From Candidatus Heimdallarchaeota archaeon B3_Heim (GTDB lineage Archaea; Asgardarchaeota; Heimdallarchaeia; Hodarchaeales; Hodarchaeaceae): a stretch of DNA of 32,000 nt. Position 1 is the stretch's first letter. Each line of letters opens with the position of its first letter. Below are positions 25,717 to 32,000 of this stretch, piece after piece. The stretch spans positions 9,994-41,993 of the forward strand of contig NJBF01000007.1 of assembly GCA_003144275.1 (NCBI GenBank). The letters run 5' to 3'. The notes under the pieces were generated by a model. It had not been told where the DNA came from. It ran no database searches and was given only the letters and a program-made list of their open reading frames with translations. The translations under genes were made by a program, and so were the position numbers.

Positions 25717-28164
25717 TTAACTCATTCTATTATCTGCCCAAGTACTAAAGAACTTAGAATCATCTTCTGGTAGGTTCTCAACCTTAATACTGTATGTTTC
25801 GTTTGGTAATAAATTGAAACAATTATCTTGAGGTCGTAGTTCCCACGAGATTGTTACTAAGAAAGTAAAAACATTAGAAATGAAAGTTATTGTGTTTTCA
25901 TCAGCATTAATATCAAATTTCACCTTGGGTTTACCAAATTTGAGATTCACAGGGTCATTTAACAAGAAAAAATTGTTAAAACTACCAATATTGGATTTAA
26001 AGTCCATTATTACAATATCATCTTTATTCTGTTCATTTAGCGGATATTCAAGCTGTATGGTACCATTTCCTTTAATCGACAGCTCATAATTCATGTTCTG
26101 AGTCATCCTTCCCGGTAACTTAATAGTAGATATTTTTAATACCCCTGATATCTTTGTAAATGTGTCATTTATTAAGATAATCTTCTGTTCATTCTTATTA
26201 TAAGAAACTAATACTGGAGAATATGCATTTTTGGTATACCAATATGCCATCTTCGGAACTCCATAATAATCAATTAATGACCAACAGATAGTAGGCCAAG
26301 GTTCATTAAATTGCCATATTAATGACCCACTATTTTTAAACTTCCGTGATCTCCAAATTTCAATGGCAAATTTCATTGCAAACGCTTGAGCTGTCTGTGA
26401 ATAGAGAATCCACTCATTAATAGTTTCAGGCTTTCCAAATTTACTAATATTTACATTTATTTTGTCTAAAACCAAATTATGAAATTTCCATATATCATTT
26501 GGCTGACTTTGGCTAGTTTTACTTAATATTTTTGAGAGGGTGGATTTTGAAGGAAAGCTCTGGATACCAAACTCAGACACAAATCTTGATTTAAATATCC
26601 CATACTGCTCATAAGTAGGAGGTTCTAAATTGGGTTGGTTCACTCCATGCCAAACTTCCCAATTATGAGAATTACCTTCTTCTTGAGAGTTGGGATCGAA
26701 CGTATACTCATTTTCAGCTGAAGGACTCCAAGGACTAGATCTCCAATACGGTCGAGAAGGATCTAAATTCGAACAAAGCCTTTTTTTCAAAAGATGTAAT
26801 TTTTCTCCGATTTTTTTCTCCTTCCTGTCCTTGAGCGGAATTTTTTGAAAGTCAATCCACTCATTTTCGTTGTTTCCACACCATAAGACAATCGAAGGGT
26901 GGTTTCTTAACCTTTTAATTATTTGTTGAACCTCTGCCTCTACTTGCGTCAGAAATTTATCAGTCTCAGGATATATACTACAAGCAAATTGGAAATCGTG
27001 CCAGATCATTATTCCTAGACTGTCACATAGTTCATAAAATTTCTCTCTCTCAACAACTCCACCTCCCCAAATCCTTAGCATATTAAAATTCGCCTTTTTT
27101 GCCATTTGGATTAAATTCGAGTATTTCTCATCTTCACAATAATTGAGCAACGCATCAGTTGGAACCCAATTTGCTCCCTTCGCATAAATCATTTCACTAT
27201 TTATCTCAAAAGTAAAACGATTCTCTAATTCATGGTTTAGGATTAGTTTAACCAATCTAATGCCAAACAAACGCTCCTTGCTCTCATTAATTCCTTCAAC
27301 TGTAAGTTTTATCTTATACAAATGTTGAGCGCCGCACCCATTTGGCCACCACAGTCTTGGGTCATTGAGTACAACTTTGGTCTGGTATTTATTCACACCT
27401 TTAGTTAGTGCATAAAGAGATTGATCGTTGTAGCATATTTTGTTATCTTCTGGTTCAAATACTTGTATCGTGATTGGTAATTCATCCTCAACTTCACTAT
27501 GTATTTCCCATTCAAGAAACTGCAAACAATTTTCTTTTTGGATTTCTAATGTATAGATAAAAATATCTGAAATTTCAATTAATCCCGTTCTAGTTAGCGT
27601 AACCTTTCCTATACCTTTTGTAAGTGACCGAGGGGCAAAATCCCATCCATAATTATAAGTAGGTTTTCGAAAGATAACCCTTTCATCAAGTTTCTGGGTA
27701 TAATCAGTTTTCTTTGTTTCAGGAAGAGGAGGATAAATAAAAAGACTTATTGAATTGATTCCCTTTTTCAAATACTCTAATGGGAGTTCAACTTTGATAA
27801 CCATGTGAGCACTTCTTGTTTGTTTAATCAAGTTACCATTTAGGTAAACATCACACACTGTATCGATATAGTCAAAGGTTAGTATGTTTCTCTCATCAAA
27901 GTACTCAATATTAACCTCAGTAAACAAAACTAAAATCATTTCCTCATATTTCTTGAAATTTTCCATATTTTTTTCATAATAAGGATCTAGACCCATGTGT
28001 CTTACGATATTCGACTGTAAAGTTCCTGGTACAGTAAATTTCAATAATTTCAATGGTAAGGAGGAGGGGGTGATATTTTTAGTGATTAAATTCAAAATAC
28101 TCTCTTTTTGAGTCCTATCTATTGGACTAAAGAGCCAATTTGAAATTACCGTTCTGTTTAGCAT
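25717..28164 (-). CDS. GH2 family beta-mannosidase
   Basis: CDVYLNGNLIKQTRSAH, GANWVPTDALL, NMLRIWGGGVVEREKFYELCDSLGIMIWHDFQFACSIYP, VLWCGNNENEW (acid/base NE), SEFGIQSFPS. Confidence 0.93.
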   Translation of the reverse strand: MLNRTVISNWLFSPIDRTQKESILNLITKNITPSSLPLKLLKFTVPGTLQSNIVRHMGLDPYYEKNMENFKKYEEMILVLFTEVNIEYFDERNILTFDYIDTVCDVYLNGNLIKQTRSAHMVIKVELPLEYLKKGINSISLFIYPPLPETKKTDYTQKLDERVIFRKPTYNYGWDFAPRSLTKGIGKVTLTRTGLIEISDIFIYTLEIQKENCLQFLEWEIHSEVEDELPITIQVFEPEDNKICYNDQSLYALTKGVNKYQTKVVLNDPRLWWPNGCGAQHLYKIKLTVEGINESKERLFGIRLVKLILNHELENRFTFEINSEMIYAKGANWVPTDALLNYCEDEKYSNLIQMAKKANFNMLRIWGGGVVEREKFYELCDSLGIMIWHDFQFACSIYPETDKFLTQVEAEVQQIIKRLRNHPSIVLWCGNNENEWIDFQKIPLKDRKEKKIGEKLHLLKKRLCSNLDPSRPYWRSSPWSPSAENEYTFDPNSQEEGNSHNWEVWHGVNQPNLEPPTYEQYGIFKSRFVSEFGIQSFPSKSTLSKILSKTSQSQPNDIWKFHNLVLDKINVNISKFGKPETINEWILYSQTAQAFAMKFAIEIWRSRKFKNSGSLIWQFNEPWPTICWSLIDYYGVPKMAYWYTKNAYSPVLVSYNKNEQKIILINDTFTKISGVLKISTIKLPGRMTQNMNYELSIKGNGTIQLEYPLNEQNKDDIVIMDFKSNIGSFNNFFLLNDPVNLKFGKPKVKFDINADENTITFISNVFTFLVTISWELRPQDNCFNLLPNETYSIKVENLPEDDSKFFSTWADNRMS

Positions 28165-28260
28165 AAAAAACTTACAAACTGCTTATTAATTATTAATTTA
28201 CTGGTTTGTACAATAATTAATGAGCATAAAATCTCAGTTATTTCAGTTAAGTGATCTCAA

Positions 28261-28725
28261 ATGGCATCATCCAAAAAATCATCTTTGGAAAAAACAAGTA
28301 AACTGGAGAAGAAAGTTCTTCATGTTACCAAAGAGGAATTTTTTTCATTAAAACCTATTCAAAGTACATTCCTCACTGTTTTAAAAGAAAAAGAAGATGG
28401 CTTATTATTAGAAGTTAATATTGCACAATTTAAGAAAAAATCGATAAGAAGAAGATTAATTCCTTCACCAAATTATAGGAAAATCCAATTAGATAAACTG
28501 GGTAAATTTACATTCGAATTATGTAATGGAAATAATACAGTTAAGCAGATCATTCGAAAATTTCAAGAAACATTTAAATTAACGCTAACTGAGACAGAAA
28601 CAGCAGTTGCAAAATACCTGACGTTACTTAACACACGACACTTAATTGGTTGGCAAATTCCTCAAGATATGATTGAAGGGACTGATTCGAAGGACAAAAA
28701 AGTTGACGAAATTTCTCTGGATTAG
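28261..28725 (+). CDS. PqqD-like (RRE-fold) domain protein
   Basis: LDKLGKFTFELCNGNNTVKQIIRKFQETFKLTLTETETAVAKYLTLLNTRHLIGW fits the PqqD pattern. Confidence 0.7.
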   Translation: MASSKKSSLEKTSKLEKKVLHVTKEEFFSLKPIQSTFLTVLKEKEDGLLLEVNIAQFKKKSIRRRLIPSPNYRKIQLDKLGKFTFELCNGNNTVKQIIRKFQETFKLTLTETETAVAKYLTLLNTRHLIGWQIPQDMIEGTDSKDKKVDEISLD

Positions 28726-28746
28726 CTTGTCTTACAGAGTAATCAT

Positions 28747-29715
28747 TCAATTCTTGGTGATTGCAAACTTTACTACATTCTCAATTATTCGTCTAATATG
28801 CTTATACGTTGAAGTCTGAGTTTTATACTTGAAAATTAAACAGTAGATATCATTTTTTTCTTCACTTTGCCAAAAATACCCTTGAAATTCGGATCCTGAC
28901 CTCAATGGGAGTTTTCTTTTCTGAATATTCTTGTTATACTGCCATAAAACTCCCTCTGTTTGCCCTATTTTCTTTTTGCTGAATTCACTTTCACTCGGTC
29001 TAAAACCTGAAGGGATCCTAGGGAGCTTTTTTGGATAATAATTCATGAACCACACTGGTAACTCATCAATAGAGTTAATTTTTTGGTTTGCTAAACCCAA
29101 TCTATAACAATACATATCTAGAGACTTATATCGAAGCTGGAAAAACGTTAATCCTACTAGAAAAGACTGTTTAACTAGGTTCATTGATCGTGGGGTCATA
29201 ACGGTCAGATTTGGTGCAATCCATTTACTCTCATAGTCTATTGGATGACAATTTATTGTTTCAAGGATTTGCATGATGTTAGCTTTAATTTTATTAGCTT
29301 GATCGCTTGAAAATTGGCTTTGCATTATGATTAATCTTTTTAGTACATCACAATTCCATACTACGATATAACCGTGTAGTGTCATATCCTCAGTTATCCA
29401 GTATAATGTTTTAGCCGAATGATCATTAACCTTAATTCCACTTTCGGTACGTTTCTTGATTTTCTTTCGCTCTTTCAGAATAGTCTTGAAATAATCATCA
29501 ATTACAACATCTAAATCAGGGGTTTTCCCCTTCTCAACTTCGACCCAGCGAAATTCCAATATTTTTTTTTCTGTAGTACGAAAACCAAAATAACCCGTCA
29601 TCTCTTTGCCTTTCCTCTTCTGTGTTTTCGTTGCAAACACCATTTCCCATTCATCTGGGACATTTAAGACTATATCCTGCCAACCGATGGTTTTAAAGTC
29701 CATATTAAGATCCAC
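28747..29715 (-). CDS. Protein of unknown function (322 aa)
   Basis: Long intact ORF starting ..FKTIGWQDIVLNVPDEWEMVFATKTQKRKGKEMTGYFGFRTTEKKILEFRWVEV; convergent with the PqqD-like gene. Confidence 0.75.
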   Translation of the reverse strand: MDLNMDFKTIGWQDIVLNVPDEWEMVFATKTQKRKGKEMTGYFGFRTTEKKILEFRWVEVEKGKTPDLDVVIDDYFKTILKERKKIKKRTESGIKVNDHSAKTLYWITEDMTLHGYIVVWNCDVLKRLIIMQSQFSSDQANKIKANIMQILETINCHPIDYESKWIAPNLTVMTPRSMNLVKQSFLVGLTFFQLRYKSLDMYCYRLGLANQKINSIDELPVWFMNYYPKKLPRIPSGFRPSESEFSKKKIGQTEGVLWQYNKNIQKRKLPLRSGSEFQGYFWQSEEKNDIYCLIFKYKTQTSTYKHIRRIIENVVKFAITKN

Positions 29716-29774
29716 TCCTATAAAGACTCTGAGGAAAGGTAACTATTGGAAGATGAAATAGAGGTTTATTAGGG

Positions 29775-30821
29775 TTGTTAAATAACGTTGCTCTATTTAC
29801 TGAGCCAAAAAGCATTAATCTTCAAACGATTGATATTCCCAAGATAAAAGAATCAGAAATTCTGGTAAAAACAGCATATTGTGGACTCTGTGGAACGGAT
29901 ATTCACCTTTATGATGGAAAAGTACCTTTTGCAAACTATCCATTAGTGCCTGGTCATGAATTTTCAGGAGAAATAATTAAGGTCGGTTCCAAGGTAAAGA
30001 ATGACCTGAAAATTGGTGATAGAGTAGCAATTAATCCGAATTTGTCCTGTTATGACTTACAGAAGAAATTATGTTATTATTGCGAAAAGAATCGAAAACA
30101 TTTCTGTGTGGCATGGGAAGCGATAGGAGTTACCTTGAATGGTGCTTTCGCAGAATATGTCATTTGCCCAAGCACCGTTGCTTATAAAATTCCCGATAAT
30201 GTCTCTTTAAAAGCTGCTGCGTTTATGGAACCACTTGCTTGCTGTTTACATGGCTTAAACAATATGACGATAATGGATTCAGATGTTGTCTTTATTATTG
30301 GCTGCGGACCCATTGGTTTATTGATGCTCTCTGTTATAAAAGCAACTACGTCTTGTAAGGTAATAGTAAGCGAGCCTGTAAATTCTCGAAGAAATTTAGC
30401 CAGAAAAATTGGAGCAGATGTGATATTAAATCCATTAAGCGATGAAATAGTCCCAATTATTAATTCCGAGACATGTGATAAAGGAGTGGATGTTGCGATA
30501 GAGTGTGTGGGATTATCAAATACTGCAAAGCAAGCGATTGGTAGCCTGAACAAAGGAGGAAAAGCATTGATTTTTGGGGTCGCTGATCCTTTATCAACTA
30601 TAGATTTGGATATTCACAGACTATATTCTAATGAAATTTCAATTTTTGGAAGTTTTACTAATCCCAATACAAACATGAGAGCTTTAGACTTACTATCTAA
30701 GGATATACTAACACCTATTCCAATTATTTCTCATGAATTCCCAATAAAGAGGATTGAAGAAGCCATTTCTCTTATAAAAAGCCATGTAGATAATGTGAAT
30801 AAGATTTTAATAAATCCCTAA
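29775..30821 (+). CDS. Zinc-dependent medium-chain alcohol/polyol dehydrogenase
   Basis: YCGLCGTDIHLYDG, YPLVPGHEFSGEIIKVGSKV, structural-Zn cysteines NLSCYDLQKKLCYYCEKNRKHFC, VVFIIGCGPIGLLMLSVIKA. Confidence 0.92.
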   Translation: MLNNVALFTEPKSINLQTIDIPKIKESEILVKTAYCGLCGTDIHLYDGKVPFANYPLVPGHEFSGEIIKVGSKVKNDLKIGDRVAINPNLSCYDLQKKLCYYCEKNRKHFCVAWEAIGVTLNGAFAEYVICPSTVAYKIPDNVSLKAAAFMEPLACCLHGLNNMTIMDSDVVFIIGCGPIGLLMLSVIKATTSCKVIVSEPVNSRRNLARKIGADVILNPLSDEIVPIINSETCDKGVDVAIECVGLSNTAKQAIGSLNKGGKALIFGVADPLSTIDLDIHRLYSNEISIFGSFTNPNTNMRALDLLSKDILTPIPIISHEFPIKRIEEAISLIKSHVDNVNKILINP

Positions 30822-30911
30822 AATTAACTTGGGAATTGAGATACTCCAAAAGTAAATTAACCCGTGAATTTAATAATAAACAAACTTCTTGAATAATCCA
30901 AGGAAAAGAAA

Positions 30912-31292
30912 ATGATGTCTGAAAGCACCATTCAATGTCCCTGTGGCCGAACAATCCATGATTATTCGGACTATTCTCTTCTGTATTTGAAAAAAGAATT
31001 TGGTGAAGGAGGAGAGATCGATATTCTATGTAAAAATGATTATTGCTATTTGAGAGAGCTAGGGTACTTGAAATTTAGTATTGACAAAGCCAAAAAAGTT
31101 ATTTTAGAAAAAGGTAAATTCTATGCCCCATATGTGACATGGAACGCGACAAGAATGTCCGAAGATAGGACTGTTGAAATTCTCAAACAGCATCTAGTTG
31201 ATATTACAGAAAAGCTAGTTCAATGGCAGAAAGTTATGAAAAGTACAGATGAAGAAAAGGTACAATCAATTTCTGAGGAAGTAATTACGTGA
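30912..31292 (+). CDS. Small conserved-looking protein with CxC and C...C residues, unknown function
   Basis: ORF IQCPCGRTIHDYSDYSLLYLKKEFGEGGEIDILCKNDYCYLREL; GTGA overlap with downstream permease ORF. Confidence 0.6.
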   Translation: MMSESTIQCPCGRTIHDYSDYSLLYLKKEFGEGGEIDILCKNDYCYLRELGYLKFSIDKAKKVILEKGKFYAPYVTWNATRMSEDRTVEILKQHLVDITEKLVQWQKVMKSTDEEKVQSISEEVIT

Positions 31293-31891
31293 GCTTAGAT
31301 TTACCAGAACCCAAATTTTCAATCTCTGAGGTTTTTTATTTATCTTATTCAAATATTAAAAGACGATTTTTCCGTTCTGTTATAACAGCCTTAGGAATTA
31401 TACTAGGAATCGCATTTATGGCTGCATTATTAACAAATTCACTTATTTTAGATTGGTTACAGACTGGATCAGGTGTAGAAGCATATCAATATTGGTTAGT
31501 AGGGATTTCATTAATAGTTGCTTTTGGAGGAATAACCAACTCAATGCTGATGGCTGTTAACGAAAGAGTAAAAGAAATTGGGGTTTACAAATGTATTGGA
31601 GGATTAGATAGTCACATTGTTCGGTTATTTATAGTAGAAGCCTTACTTTTAGGAATATTGGGAGGTTTCCTTGGAGGAATTATCGGCATAGGAATGGGAA
31701 TTGGAATTAATTTAAATCGAGCTTCATTACAGGAGTTATCCGTCCTCCTAGAGTCGAATATCACCTCTCTGATATTGCTTTTATTGGCTTGTATTGTCCT
31801 TGCAATAGTATTAACTTCACTCGCTACATTCATTCCTGCTCGTAGAGCTTCTAAACTATCACCAGCGGAAGCTTTAAGATACGAAAACTAG
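31289..31891 (+). CDS. Compact FtsX/MacB-family ABC transporter permease lacking a large extracytoplasmic domain
   Basis: SNIKRRFFRSVITALGIILGIAFMAAL; ITNSMLMAVNERVKEIGVYKCIGGLDSHIVRLFIVEALLLGILGGFLG; FIPARRASKLSPAEALRYE. Only 200 aa. Confidence 0.85.
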   Translation: MSLDLPEPKFSISEVFYLSYSNIKRRFFRSVITALGIILGIAFMAALLTNSLILDWLQTGSGVEAYQYWLVGISLIVAFGGITNSMLMAVNERVKEIGVYKCIGGLDSHIVRLFIVEALLLGILGGFLGGIIGIGMGIGINLNRASLQELSVLLESNITSLILLLLACIVLAIVLTSLATFIPARRASKLSPAEALRYEN

Positions 31892-31906
31892 TATGGCGGT
31901 TAATTT

Positions 31907-32000
31907 ATGAGTTTAGAAGAATTCGTCGTTGAAATAGATGATGTATACAAGGAATATACTTTAGGAAAGGTTATAATCCATGCTCTTCAGGGAGTTTCAT
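31907..32000 (+). CDS. Start of ABC transporter ATP-binding protein (LolD/MacB type), truncated by window edge
   Basis: Translation MSLEEFVVEIDDVYKEYTLGKVIIHALQGVS.. matches the N-terminus of this ATPase family; follows permease. Confidence 0.75.
   Translation, partial: MSLEEFVVEIDDVYKEYTLGKVIIHALQGVS

Noticed and set aside
1-32000. tRNA/rRNA genes and CRISPR arrays
   Set aside because: No cloverleaf-like segment with a T-loop GTTCGA context, rRNA conserved block, or regular short repeats noticed by eye; a tRNAscan/Infernal run would be needed to be certain.

Overview
AT-rich, gene-dense window that is probably archaeal. The evidence is a cofD / DUS-like / cofC (F420) gene string, TIM-barrel and sugar enzymes of archaeal flavour, and many pyrimidine-rich intergenic stretches. 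An Asgard or other deep archaeal origin is possible but not provable from sequence alone. Main blocks: (1) ~1-13.4 kb, a surface-glycan locus with a strong nonulosonic-acid (legionaminic/pseudaminic-like) flavour: two GT-B/CDP-glycerol-transferase-like proteins, cytidylyltransferase, Gfo/Idh/MocA oxidoreductase, SDR, N-acetyl sugar amidotransferase, 4,6-dehydratase-like SDR, DegT-type aminotransferase, LbH acyltransferase, divergent NeuB-like synthase, GT2, and a UPF0104-type membrane protein. (2) 13.4-15.0 kb, a lone IS1341-type TnpB with intact RuvC DED residues. Its 3' end/right end (the region expected to encode omega/reRNA) is present twice in tandem, and the two diverged copies differ by base-pair-preserving changes in predicted hairpins. 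(3) 16-20.2 kb, manC-like gene, stand-alone receiver, and cofC / DUS-like / cofD; cofC appears to carry its true N-terminus outside the called ORF. (4) 20.3-28.2 kb, lipoate ligase and a mannoside-degrading set: GH38 (cytosolic Man2C1-like), GH130, GH2. (5) 28.2-32 kb, a PqqD-like protein divergent from an unknown 322-aa protein, a Zn-alcohol dehydrogenase, a small Cys-containing protein, a very small FtsX/MacB-type permease and the start of its ATPase. No tRNA, rRNA or CRISPR array was recognised.
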